DNA from: Vicugna vicugna
Lineage: Eukaryota
Direction: 5' to 3'
Assembly (NCBI GenBank): GCA_013265495.1
Contig: MU059758.1
Span: 5,661,067-5,725,066, forward strand
Length of the DNA stretch: 64,000 nucleotides
The notes under the pieces are model-generated. The model was not told where the DNA came from, did not search any database, and was given only the letters and a program-made list of their open reading frames with translations. The position numbers and the translations under genes were made by a program. Position 1 is the first letter of the stretch; each line of letters starts with the position of its first letter. Below are positions 23,740 through 36,900 of the stretch, in pieces.

Positions 23740-24240
23740 CAGGATCATTTCCTAGTGGACTTTAGCCTACCTACTTGTATGGCTTCACACTAATTTTCTT
23801 TAAAAATGAGGTGTATTGAGGTATAATTTACACAGAGGAAAATTCACCTTTTTATAGTATACAGTTCAGTGAGTTTTTAACAAGGTGTGCTGGCACGTCC
23901 CCACCACACACAGCACAGAATATGTGTCACTCCAAGATGTTCTGTCGCAGCCCACGCGCTCCAGCCCCTGGCAGCCGAGGTTTTGTCTGTTCCCCTTGCT
24001 CTACCTTCTCTGTAATGTCATGAGAGTTGACTCATACAGTATGTAGTCTTTTCCTCGGCTTCCTTCACTTATTGTAATGCTTCCGAGAGGTGTGTGTAAG
24101 GTGTGCATTACTTTTACTGCCTGCTCGTCTTCTGTTCTGGAGTGAACGCACCACCGTTCGCACCGTCTGCTTATCTGCTCACCAGCTGATGGGTGCGTGC
24201 ATGCCCCCAGGTGTTGGTGGTCGTGAATGGACATGCTGAC
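23740..24240 (-). mobile_element. L1ME 3' end remnant
   Basis: tattgaggtataatttacacag...aaattcacc...tacagttcagtgagtttt...catacagtatgtagtcttt. Confidence 0.75.
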
Positions 24241-25409
24241 TTTCTCCTGGTCCCTGCTTCCTTTCTATTTTAAACATGATCTAATCAGAGATTTTCTTGT
24301 GCTGACCCTCTGAGTCCTTTCCGTGCCTCCGTCTCCCTATGAATCGTCCTTACTTACGACTACAGGTTTCTGTGTTGGTGTCCTTGGAGGTGCGTCTACT
24401 TTGAGCACAGAACTCAGGTGTGTGTTTATCAATCACACGTGAAGCCCCAAGAACATGCCCGCTCCTCCCCCCAGCGTTTGCGCCCGAGAGCGATCTCAGC
24501 TTTTCTGTAACGTGATGTCTGCGCCTCCTCGACTCTCCAGAGAATAACCCGTTACAGTGCCCTTCAGGCGTTTTCTCCTTCCTGTGCGAATTGCACTTTG
24601 CATTTCCTGTGATCAGGCGGCGTTCTCACAGGGGGCAGTTAGTTCAGCAGTGAGGGCAAGAAAGCACAGCGCAGTTTAACAAAATTCTAGGGAACCCTCA
24701 TTGCCTGGGTGTTCGGGGAAAGCATCGTAGATCATCAGAACTGCGCAAATTAACAGTTTTAGACAGAATCTGACATGAGTTTAGCAAAAAAAGCACACGC
24801 CAGCCTCTTGGCAGTGTGGTGAGTCAGACTCTGCCACTGTGAGCGGCTTTTCTGCTGGGTCCGCTTGTCCACGTAGCCTTAGTGAGTGTCTTTGAGACAA
24901 TTCTGAGATACTAAAAAGAAAACTTCAAAAAAACAAAATACAAAGCCCCCCCCAAACAAAACAAAACAAAAAAACCCTTCTTTCATTATCATCCAAAGAA
25001 AATAGAACTTTTACAATATGTTTACTTTTTCATAAGACTGAGAAAGCGTCTCATCAATAAAGAAAGGAGGGCTTTTTGTTTCCTTTTAGGAGCTGCGTAT
25101 GAACATTTCTGTAGTAGTCTCAACACTCATGTGAGTGTCTGGACTCCCAGTGCTGATTCAGTGATGGCTGTCACGGGCCTGTGGGGTCCAGACTACGACA
25201 CTCAAGAGGGAGGGCCAGGGTGAGCTGTGAGCAGAGGAGAAGTTGCTCCAAACCCTCTGCACCTTCCCACGTGCAAGTACCAGCCCGGAGACAGTTGCCT
25301 TCCCCGCCGTGTTCCTGTCCCACGAACGTGTTACTGCTCCAGTGTATGTCACTGTCCCTGGAAGCTGCTAGACTGACCTCTTCCTTAATCTGAGGCATAA
25401 CTTTATCCA

Positions 25410-25426
25410 TAATAATAATAATAATA
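25410..25426. repeat. (TAA)n microsatellite
   Basis: taataataataataata seen directly. Confidence 0.8.
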
Positions 25427-27929
25427 GTAACAATCGTAATCCTCATGTCCCTCGGGGTTACCTGGGCGGTGACCTCGCATCCCCTCCAGCAGCTGCAGAC
25501 CCAGGCTGAGTGCTCCGGCTTGTGTCTCTGTCTTCGTCACATCTTTCCTGCATTATTTTCATTGTTTCAAACATGAAACAGCTTTTTCCATTATTTTAAA
25601 ATCCTCTCTATTTTTAGTCATCTTTAATCGCAGCACTGGAAGCAGTGAACATGGAGAAACAAGTAATCTCCTTCACATCGCCCTTCACACCGTTTGTCCT
25701 GAGAGAGGCACCACTTCCCCCTCTCATGTGTCCAGGGTCCGTGTGTGTCTCCTTGACCACAGGAGCCCCCACTGTCCTCCCCCACCAGCCTGGCCCGGTG
25801 GAGTAGCGCCCCACGAGCCCCTCCCATGATTACAGTCCGGTGGACCAGAATGCCGGGGGCAGGGCTTGGAGGTCCTTGTGCGGGATCATCCTAGTCAGGG
25901 ATTAAGGAAACATGTCTGGAAAGAGAAAGATGTCGCTCCTCCCATATTTGCATTTGGCGGGTATTTCCATGTATTGTAGGACTTGACTGACATCCCAGAC
26001 CCCCATGCAGGAGGAAGACTTGAGGTAAGGAGGAAATTTTCCTTGCTTTATAGTGTAGGTGTGAGAAGTAAGATGTCACAAATTGGTCTGTTTTAGTCAT
26101 TTTGTCAAGTCATTTTATAGGAAGGGAGCAGCCCTGCACTCTCTGCATGATTGGGACACGTTTGGTTCAAGAGAGAAGCCAGACCCTGAGAAGGGAAGCG
26201 ACGTGACGTCACAAGTGACAAGGGGAGAAGGGGAGTGGTCGCTGAGACCTGCCTCCATCCTGGCCCCCACCCCCAGGACCCCCCAACCCTCTTCTGGTCG
26301 TGAGCCTCCGGCATTATCTACTGTTTTCTGCATCTTTAAATTCTTATTCCTAATGCCCTTATCTTCATCCTGTGGTTCAGCTCACTCCTTCCTTTCCACG
26401 CCACCCGGGTCACGGGACACTTTCCAAGAGGCATACTTTCCAGGACGCACAGACGTGCAAGACCTTGTCCGAAGAGACTTTTCCCCTGGCAGGAGAACAG
26501 GGCCGCAGTCCCGCGGACGCACTTCAGGATCTCGGTGTTGCGATCGCTGCCCCGGAGCCACAGCTGGCCCCACTTGGTCATCGTCTGTTGAGTTGCTGTG
26601 CCTTGGTCTTTAGTGACACGTGAGTTTGACACACGAAATGTGATCTGAGCGCTGGAGAATGTGGATCTGGAAACTGTGCGTGAACTCAGTGAAAACCTTT
26701 GCAACTTCCCCCCATTTCCTTCCTCCTTACTCATCTCATTTGATTAAATGTGAATACATAAAATAACTTCCTATGCCACGTAGTCTTTGTGGGAGTTAGA
26801 TTAAGATCTCTTCCTTTGGGCCTTGTAACGAGCAAGCCCGTTTGGAATGATCATTTTGGACAGTCCCAACTGTGCTGAATAGAAAGAGCTTGAATGAAGA
26901 GCACAGCCCCGTGTTGCTGGGAGCAGGGGAGGACTGGTTGTTGGCCTTCTTGACGGTGTGTGTGCCCACCTGATGAGTCCCGTGAAGCTGTCAAAGTACG
27001 GATGCTGGAAATCCACTTTCCCGCTTTTATTCAGATGATCCCAGCCACCCATGTCTCACATAGTTCACTGGCCAAGAGCACATCAGGACGGCGTCGAGGC
27101 TGGCCCCATGGGATGACGGACTGATCTTCCAGAGGTGGGATTTATACGTCACCCTGTGCTCCTGTCGCCCCGCGGGGTGGGGCTGACCCCGCGAGCAGGG
27201 CACAGAGCCTCGCAAGAAACTTTCACGGGTTTCCCTTTACAAAGTTGGCTTCCAGCTATGTCTGGTCTCAGAGTGAAGCTGCTCTGGGTCCTCCCCACAC
27301 TGGCAAACCCAGAATTAAATCTTCTCCAGATGCGTCCATCCCGACTGCTCCCGAGGGGCTGACTGTTGTCAGGTACGCAAAAAACAAACAAATCCGCTGC
27401 AGGCTGTCTCGTTTCCAAGGATTATTTTTAGGTGAGATCAGCACCTCCCCCAGTTTTCCACCTCTCGGAGGCTCCAGATTATCTCTCCTCCCTCCTTTCT
27501 AGCTCTGACCGTTTCACTTTTTCTGGATTCGCTGCCGAAGCAGTTTAAGGTCTTCCGATCACCCTCATTTCTCAAGTGCATGCAGAGTCCATGTTGAAAT
27601 TTCATCTGGTTCTGGGGGCGGGCTCGGGGTGGCTCAGACCACGGCCTTCTGCCCCTCGGACAGCGGCAGAAGCCGTATCGGTCAGTTGTCATCAGCACAT
27701 CATTTCTGGGGCACCGGGTCAGTCCACGCACCTTTCTCTGGGTGCTATTTGCCCTGGCATGTGGCACGTGCCCTGTTAAGGAGACTGGCACTGATAGCCT
27801 CTCCTGATCTCCAATAAGCATTTAAGGGCCACCCATTTGCCCTCGTCCCACCCACGCCCAGGCCGGCACCAGGGTGCTCCCAGGAACCTCGGTGCTTGGC
27901 TCGCAGGGTGTGTGGCCATTCTCTTCGCT

Positions 27930-28100
27930 CAGCTGACTTGGGGATGTGGTAGTTGGTATTTAGGAATAATTTAGGATTTTGCATATATTGCTTGATTTCA
28001 CTTGAGCCTCACACGTTCTGTGAAGTGAGGAAATGAGCAGAAGCGTTTTCTAGAAGTGGATCCTGAGCCTCGGGTTTAGCAGGACACCAGCGATCACTGG
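27930..28100 (-). mobile_element. MIR fragment
   Basis: cttgagcctcacacgttctgtgaagtg...ggtttgaacctcagg. Confidence 0.45.
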
Positions 28101-30029
28101 TGCAGGGTTTGAACCTCAGGGTCCCAGGCCCTGCCCTCAGCTCCTCTCTGCCTGTTTATTTCTGTAGCAGGAGTCTCGTGCTGGGCGGCTTTGGGCTTTA
28201 GTCTCACAGGTGCGTCAGAGCCCTCAGCTGTGCCCCACCAGCCTGGTGCTCAGAGCTGAGTGTGTGTTGACAGGCATAGCCAGGTGACACTGGCCACCAG
28301 CCCAGGCCAGTCCCCTAACTCTGCTCCATTCCTGGCAGCAGTGGCACTTTCCACTCAGCCAGTGCGTGGTCCCCGTGCTCTGGGGTGGGACAGCAGCTGG
28401 GGCGGAGGGAGCCCCAGGCCAAGCCCCTGAATGTGGGTCCCCTCCCCCAGGGTCGAAGTCAGCTCCTCAACCAGGAGGCCAGACTGCTCACCAGCCAGTC
28501 CCACCTCCTTCCCCAGACTCCCCACCTGCTGCCCCCTCCCCCGGCCTTGCCCTCCTCACACCTCTCAGCACCTGCCGAGCGCCTTTGCACCAATTGTCCT
28601 TGTCCTCGCTAAGCTGCCGGGGCCACTGTATTGTCTGCTCACAGTCCGGCCCCATCCCTGGCCGTGGCCCGGGAGCACGGTGGACCCCTGCCCTCTGATG
28701 GTGTCCTGGCCCAGGGAACAGCAAATGAGGGCCTGGGTCAGTTGCTCTGTGGGTGGGGTGTCCACGGGAAGGGGGGAGAAAGGACCCTGTAAAGAAACTT
28801 GGTCTCAGTGAGGAAGGACAGGGTGACCAGCCCTGGCTCGTGGCTTGCTGTGCTGCGGCAGTGGGGCAAACCCGCCTCCATCTCCCCACACTCAGGGCCC
28901 CTCCTCTGGGGTGTCGGCCTCAGGTTCCCCACGGTTTGCTAACTTTGATTTCCAGGTAGTAATGCCACAAGGCAACTTCAAATGGAGACGTTTCCTGCTT
29001 CAGGGCAGGTCCGAGAGCTGCCTTTCTCTCCAGGCAGGTCTGGGCTCCTCTGAGGGCAGAGGCCTATCCCCTGGTCTCCATCTCTGCTCAGAGTTCTGGC
29101 TGCTGGCAGACGTGGCCCGAGGGCCAGGTGGTGTGGGGCGTGTGCCTGGGGCCCTCGCCATGCTGCCGTCTGGAGTGCTGTGTGGGCTTGAGACCCTCCA
29201 GGGGACTTGCTACCTCCAGTCATCAGGCAGGCTGGCCTGAGGCTCCGCCAGCCTGTGTGTGCTAGGACAGTGGCACCGACTGGCTGCGTCCTGCTCCAGG
29301 CAGGACCCTCCTCTGCTTCAGTGCCACCTGCCCTAAGTGGGCAGGTGTGGGGAAGGGGATTCAGAAACCCCCTGCCATGACGGGCTCTCGGGAAGCATAG
29401 AGCGTGCAAGCCTGAACTTAGAATTAGCAGATGGACTTGGATTTGAACCTGGCCCCCTGCAGCAGGGGTGAAGGAGGCTGGGGTGTGTGGGGAGGGCAGG
29501 AGGGGGCACCGTGGCTTCATTCAATCCTCCCAGCAAGGTAGGGTCGTCTCCAGGTCACACCTGAGGGAGCAAAACCTCAGCGGGCTCGGCCAGCCCCACA
29601 AGCGAGCAGACCCAGGCCCTCATCTGTCTTCTCATCTGCCCCATGAGACCCCAAACTCTCCTTAGCTCATTTTCCTCACAACTTCTCCTTGTCATCTGCC
29701 CCCTCAGGCGGACGGAGTTACTTCCCGGCTTCAAACCACTGCTTACTTGACAGGATGAATTCTGAGCCCTTAGCGCAGCCCGGGGAGGGACCTGCCTCGC
29801 CCACCTTGTGCCTCCGCAGCCCCTGCTCAGCTCCATGGCCTCCCCACCGTGCAGGCTCCCGGCTGCTCCTTTATGCTGCTGGGCCTGTTGGTCCCTCCTC
29901 CTCCTCCCGGAGCGCCTGGTTGGGTGTGCCCTGCATGGGGAGGAGGGGGTGTGGAGGCTGGTCCGTTTGCACGTGGATGCTGTGAGCTAGGAAAGAAAAT
30001 CCAGCTCATCTAGGACTGATTGCTCCCTG

Positions 30030-30150
30030 CACAGTGGGGCTGAAAGGAGAATATTGTTCATAAGGTTTCTCTGAACGTTAAATGAGTTAATATAGGAAAA
30101 GTGCTTAGAATAATGCTTGACTCACACAAAGCGCTGATAAGGTTGGCTGT
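30030..30150 (+). mobile_element. MIR 3' fragment
   Basis: ttaaatgagttaatataggaaaagtgcttagaataatgcttgactcacacaaagcgctgataag. Confidence 0.7.
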
Positions 30151-32789
30151 TACTAAGATTACACTCTTGGTAGATGTTAAATGAATACTTGAAAGTGGAA
30201 TGAAAAGTCTGATTCAGACTTTGCCTCTCGTAGACTTTTGGCTTCCTTTCTTCTGTATCTATTAAAAAAGATTAAGTTTAAATATCACAGGAAAGAAATG
30301 TAGCGTTCTCAGTCCCACCACATTACGTCCTGGAAGACGTCAGCATTTAAACCGCATGCCGCCACCAAACTTTAGTTTAAAACGAAGATCTTTACTTCTT
30401 GACTAACAGTAAAGGACTTGGCACTGGGAAAACTAGGCGGTTTGATGCTGGTGCAGACTCACAGACGCTTCCCGCTGAATGCGTTTTGGGCTCATTTAAC
30501 CAAGTCAGCGACTGTTTTGGTGAGGTCGGATTTTCAGCTTTTTCAGCAGTGCGAGACACACAGCACTATATCGTTTATTTTATAGAAAATGAACCCGGGT
30601 TTCAGCGCTCTCCAGGGGTAGAAGAGACCAGAAGGCGTTCACATGATTAAGTTCTGGTCGGGCGCAGGCACAGAGCTCTGGGTTTCCATGATCTCATCCA
30701 GGATGTGGGATAAATAAGAACGTAACTGTTAATTACATAGGGTGAAATTTACGCACTTCAGGAATCTGCACTCAGCAGACGTGGCCCCTCTTCTCCCGCC
30801 GCCCGTCCTGCGTCCGTTCACCGCACGGGGCTGCTGGGCAACTTGGAGGTGACTCAGCCCAGCACGTCGGGGAGACTGGGGTAGGGATGCCAGCCTTCAA
30901 GCTCCAAAAGTTTATACCTGATTGTAGTGCTGAGATGAGTTCCCAGACGGTACAGACATCACCATCCGATACGTCATGGTCCCAGCGTTTGGTCACAGTC
31001 ACACTCTTGAAATCTAGGGCTGAAGCCTGGAATTTCCATGGCAGTGTGGCCTGCATGGGTATTTGTGTCTGCTGACTAGTTGTTTGTTGCTAGAACCAGA
31101 GAGAAGATCGATTTTTATTATCGCAAGCATGTTAAATGTTTATTATACTAGTTGTTAAAAAGGAATTTCTTCTGATTTTAGTTTTTGCTCTCAATTAAAT
31201 AGGGAAAAAATAAGATGAAGATGATAACACACAAAAGGAGGAGTAAGATTGCACACTAGTTCTTTACCGTTGTTGACAGTAATGGACGTGTATTTTTACA
31301 GCGTGCACTTGGGGAGCTGTGTGGTTGAGGTTCTACAAACTATTGGAATGATAGGCCAGTAGGTCGTATAACTGTACGTAAAAATGTAAGAAACCACACG
31401 AGAAATTGTGTCAATTTGGAAGTAACCACAGGTGTCACTTAAACATGCTTATTCCTTTGACAAAATAGGTATGAACTAGCTAACATCACGCCTTTTAAGT
31501 TACCTGGAATTCTCCTTCTCCAAGAAAAGGCTTAGGGTAAAGAATTGCTAGTAAAAATTCTAGTGTGTTATGTCCTTGCGTGAAAAGGTGTTACCCAAAC
31601 TGTATCAACCTGATACAGACCAACTTGTTATTTTGGAAGTCTGTTTTTTAAAAAGCCAAAGGAAAATCAACTCTACCATCTGGTGGAAACACTGGTCATT
31701 GCAACTTCTTCTTTCTTAAGACATGGCACCTAACCCAGCTATTCTTCATTTCTGAAGGTTCCTCATGGCCTGGCGCTTTTCTAGCAGAGTGGTTTTCCCC
31801 AGATCACTGAGGCCTGTTACAGATTTTAAAAAATTGTTGATGGGAATGTTTCCAGGGCAGTGACTCTTACTGCCCATGGTGAACCCAAGGGCACCTTCCT
31901 TTGGTGACTCAGAGGCTCATTATGAGCTGTGAGTTACCTCACTGTCTCTACAACTCAGAGATAACCCCAGCCTTCAGGGAGACTTGGCCTTGCTCTAAGA
32001 GGCCCCAGGGATGGCATTTTTCTGGAATGCAGCCATCCAGGGAGCTGGCCGGGCAGCAGCACCTGGGTCAGCAGAAACTTGAAGGCACAAGGCAGAGACG
32101 GGTTTGATCGGAAACCGGTGGCCTCCAATGGTGAGGGAAACCAGAAGAGTGGAGCAGAAAGTCAGCAGGTCAGGTCAGCAGGGGACTCTCGGAGCACGAG
32201 AACACATGAGACACCAGAATAGTAAAAATGAGGGGAGGGCTGAGGGAGGCAGAAGAACTCTATCTTAGTCCCGAGTCCTGTCGCCTGGAAGACAGGCTCC
32301 CCTGTCCCGCTGGTCCAGCTCCCCTCTGCTGAGCTCACCCCAAATTCTCGTCGCCTGCACAGCGACTCCTAGACTTACTTCAGGAGAAAGACTTCTCAGC
32401 TGGGAGCAGCTTACAGACGCAGATTCCCTGCTGGGCTTCCCAGAAGTGGAGAATCGGTGGGTCTGACACGGTGGGCCTCCCACTCTCCATGTCTCACAGA
32501 AGACCCGGATCAGGATGCTGCGAAGGCCCCGATGTGAGAAACAAAATCACTTCCTAAAATCCTGTGATTCAAGTTGTTTACCGCAGGCCTAATTGAACAA
32601 ACAACAGATCTGCAACATAAACGTTATTCACACGAATTGACCTCTATATGGAGAACCTTTTCTCATGACTTGTGCTGATGTCATAGAGAGTGCCCGTAAC
32701 ACTGTTTTAGTAAATATTAATCTGAAATACTTCTTTAAAATAAGAAGGCATTAAGGAAATCAATCTAGGTGTTAAGAGCTAGCTTACTG

Positions 32790-33120
32790 TCTGAGTAAGC
32801 CAGAAAGAGAAAGAAAAATACCATATGATATCACTTATAAGTGGAATCTTAAAAAATGACACAAATGAATTTATTTACAAAACAGAAACAGACTCACAGA
32901 CATAGAGAACAAACTTATGGTTACCAGCGGGGGAAGGGGGTAGAAAGGGATAAATTGGGAGTTTGAGATTTGCAGATATAAACTACTATATATAAAGTAA
33001 ATAAACAACAAGGTCCTGTCTAGCACAGGGAACTATATTCAATACTTTGTAGTAAACTCTAATGGAAAAGAATATGAGAAGGAATATATGTATTTAAATG
33101 TATGACTGAAACATTTTAGG
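32790..33120 (+). mobile_element. Camelid L1 3' UTR fragment lacking its tail
   Basis: agtaagccagaaagagaaagaaaaataccatatgatatcactt...aaacttatggttacc...agcacagggaactatattcaata. Confidence 0.9.
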
Positions 33121-33558
33121 GACCTTGGCAGTGCCCACTTTAAATTTACCTAATCCTGTAATGTATTAGCTGCTGAGTGACACATCCACTAGCGCCATGA
33201 CAGTTGACAATTGCCATGACAACCACCGGAGAAGTCCATACAGGGACTGAAAAGCCTGTACCAGGACTGATTGGCTCCATCACATCGGAAGGAGGACATG
33301 ATGACAGAAGCCTCCCATCAAAGTCCATGTGGCCCGACCCAGGTGGGAGCCATCCCAACTACCCATCTTGGCTGACGCTCCCCACTCGAGCACCTCTTCC
33401 TCGCTCCAGTGCTTTCCTTCCCTCTCCCCTTCTGAGCAATAAAGCAAGCGGCTGTTCACTTTGTCCCTCTGCCTCTGCTGTGCAAATTCTTTCACAGCTG
33501 GTGGCAAGAACCCACACTTTGGTGCCTCCTAATTTAGGGGCCCCTCCATCCGCTAACA
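33121..33558 (+). mobile_element. ERV1-class solo LTR (MER39/MER41-related), 5' end missing
   Basis: cactagcgccatgacagttgacaattgccatgacaac resembles the MER41/MER39 core. AATAAA at 33438, followed by aattctttc...gcaagaaccc and a terminal ...aaca. Confidence 0.7.
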
Positions 33559-33949
33559 GACAGAGCTCGTGGACACGTCAGGTGCTGGAAGGACAAAAGT
33601 TGGAGGTCAGAGTGCACCAAGGAGGAGCACCTGTAAGCGCTCCAGGCTCTCACTTGGGACCCTTGAAAGATTGTCACCCTAGGGAACATCATGACCTTGA
33701 ACCAGATCTGAGCTGTAAAACAGCCCAGATTTGAACCACATTAATTTCTGGGAGACAACAGAACAGTCTCTTACCCCAACTTACTGCCAGGAGCAACGGT
33801 GAATTCTCTCTGGTGGAAGATGACATCATCCAGACCTGCTGACTGTCTCCAAATTGTTTTACACAATGTCGGCCACCCAGTTAAAAATAACCAGACATGC
33901 AAAAAGAAGCAGTGAACTTAAAACCAAGAAAATAAACAATAGAAATAGT

Positions 33950-36900
33950 CCCACTGTAGATCCAAATATAGGCGTTATCAGATACTAACTTTATAGTAAC
34001 TATTACTGATAAGTTCAATCCATTTAATGAGTTGAAGAAATTCATCTGGGACCTGGAAGCGATAAAAAAAAAGAATCAAATGGATGTTCTAGAACTGAAA
34101 ACAATAATAATGAAATAAAGAAGGGTTTAAGAGCAAAAAATAAGAGTGAGATGGAGTGTAGATCATCTGAAAATAGCCAGACTGAAGCACTGAGAAATAA
34201 AAGAGTGGAATGTGTAGAAAATAGCTTAGGAGATATGTGTATTCAGGGTATATGGTGAAAGTTGTGACTGCGTGTCATATTGGAGAGCCAAAAGGGAAAG
34301 AGAGAGTGAGGCTGAAGCAATCTAGAAAAGCTAACAGGTGAGGATTTTTTTTTTTTAAGGACAAAACATTAAACCACAGATTCAAGAAGCGCTGAACGTG
34401 GAGGCGGGAGAACGTTTTAAGAAGCCCACACTCCTGTTACCACAGGAAAACTGCTGAAACCAAAGCTAAAACAATGAACGGCGTCCAGAAGAGTAAACGT
34501 ATTACCTTAAAAGGAGCAATGACAGGACTGGGAGGTGAGTTTTTAATAGAAACAATAGAAAACAGAAGGCAACGATTTCTTCAAAATGGTGGGGAAAAAA
34601 CCCCCTCCCAATATAGAGCTCTGTATCCAGTGGCCTTGTCTTCCAGAATGAAGGCAAGACAAAGGCACTTCCAAATAAACAAAAACTGGATTTTTCCCCA
34701 GCCAGTCTGCTGTAAGGAATTAACAGTTTGACCAGTTTATCGTACATATAACCCTGCAATCAGTGACTGAAAGTTACACATTCTTTTTCAAGGGCGCATG
34801 AGACATTTACCAAAATTGATCCTAAGCTGGTACAAAGCAAGTCTAAACAAGGTGAAAGAGGTTGAAATCATGTAAGTGCATTATCTGAAAATAGTACCAT
34901 TAAGCTCAAAATAAATGACAAAATCATATTTAGAAAGTATTTTCAACTGAATGATAATGAAACTATACCTATCAAGACTTGTGGAATTTAGCTAATGCCA
35001 AATTTAGAGGGAGATACATAGTTTTAATGAAATATTTTAGGGAAGAAGAAAGCTAACAGTTAATGATCTGAGCATTCATTTCAAGAGGTTTGTTTGGATT
35101 TATTTTTAAATGTATGATTTATTTAGAAGTCAAAAAGCGATAAGCATTTAATAAAGTAAATACCCATTTATAATTTGTGGGAAAATTCTTAGCAAACTAG
35201 GAATTGGAGCAAACTTCCTTACCTCAGTAAAATGTATAACACACACAAGGTAAGCATCCTACTTTAGCACTTAAAGTATCAGATACTTTAATATTTGATA
35301 AACTATTGGAAGTTTTCCCCAGGTGATTGAGAACAAGACAAGTTATCTGCTATCAAAATATACTGCTCAATGTTGTGGTGAATGTCCCAGTCATTGCTGT
35401 AAGGAAAAAAATATATATAAGGATTGTAAAAAAAGAGGTTTTACGTCTCACATTATTCAGCAATTACATAATTGTCAATAAAGAAATTCCAAAAATGTCT
35501 ACAGATAAACTGTTAAAATTTTAAGTAAATTTAGGAAGATTTCTGGATGCAACGTCAATATTAAAAAATTAATTGTATTTATGTATATACATCAGTACAA
35601 AAAAATTAGAAAATGAACATTTAAAAATGATTCCACTTACAACTGCATCAAAAGTATCTTTTTAATTTGTTAATAAACTTAAAAAATTTGTAAAAGAAAT
35701 TAAAGATGTAGTTAAATGGCAGGGCGTGACATGTTAATGGATAGAAAATCTCAGTTTGTAAAGATGTCAGTTTTCCCCAAATATATGGGTTTAATGCAGT
35801 CCCAGTTAAAATCTCAGCAGGTGTGTGTGTGTGTGTGTGTGTGNNNNNNNNNNNNNNNNNNNNNNNNNNNNNNNNNNNNNNNNNNNNNNNNNNNNNNNNN
35901 NNNNNNNNNNNNNNNNNNNNNNNNNNNNNNNNNNNNNNNNNNNNNNNNNNNNNNNNNNNNNNNNNNNNNNNNNNNNNNNNNNNNNNNNNNNNNNNNNNNN
36001 NNNNNNNNNNNNNNNNNNNNNNNNNNCCCACTGTAGATCCAAATATAGGCGTTATCAGATACTAACTTTATAGTAACTATTACTGATAAGTTCAATCCAT
36101 TTAATGAGTTGAAGAAATTCATCTGGGACCTGGAAGCGATAAAAAAAAAGAATCAAATGGATGTTCTAGAACTGAAAACAATAATAATGAAATAAAGAAG
36201 GGTTTAAGAGCAAAAAATAAGAGTGAGATGGAGTGTAGATCATCTGAAAATAGCCAGACTGAAGCACTGAGAAATAAAAGAGTGGAATGTGTAGAAAATA
36301 GCTTAGGAGATATGTGTATTCAGGGTATATGGTGAAAGTTGTGACTGCGTGTCATATTGGAGAGCCAAAAGGGAAAGAGAGAGTGAGGCTGAAGCAATCT
36401 AGAAAAGCTAACAGGTGAGGATTTTTTTTTTTTAAGGACAAAACATTAAACCACAGATTCAAGAAGCGCTGAACGTGGAGGCGGGAGAACGTTTTAAGAA
36501 GCCCACACTCCTGTTACCACAGGAAAACTGCTGAAACCAAAGCTAAAACAATGAACGGCGTCCAGAAGAGTAAACGTATTACCTTAAAAGGAGCAATGAC
36601 AGGACTGGGAGGTGAGTTTTTAATAGAAACAATAGAAAACAGAAGGCAACGATTTCTTCAAAATGGTGGGGAAAAAACCCCCTCCCAATATAGAGCTCTG
36701 TATCCAGTGGCCTTGTCTTCCAGAATGAAGGCAAGACAAAGGCACTTCCAAATAAACAAAAACTGGATTTTTCCCCAGCCAGTCTGCTGTAAGGAATTAA
36801 CAGTTTGACCAGTTTATCGTACATATAACCCTGCAATCAGTGACTGAAAGTTACACATTCTTTTTCAAGGGCGCATGAGACATTTACCAAAATTGATCCT

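Noticed and set aside
24589-24599. AATTGCACTTT, matching the 5' end of miR-367/miR-92-family mature sequence
   Set aside because: The match stops after 11 nt and there is no complementary arm for a precursor hairpin.
26970-27012. CTGATGAGTCC resembling a hammerhead ribozyme core
   Set aside because: No stem II closing onto C-GAAA and no stems I/III can be formed. Other CTGATGA hits fail in the same way.
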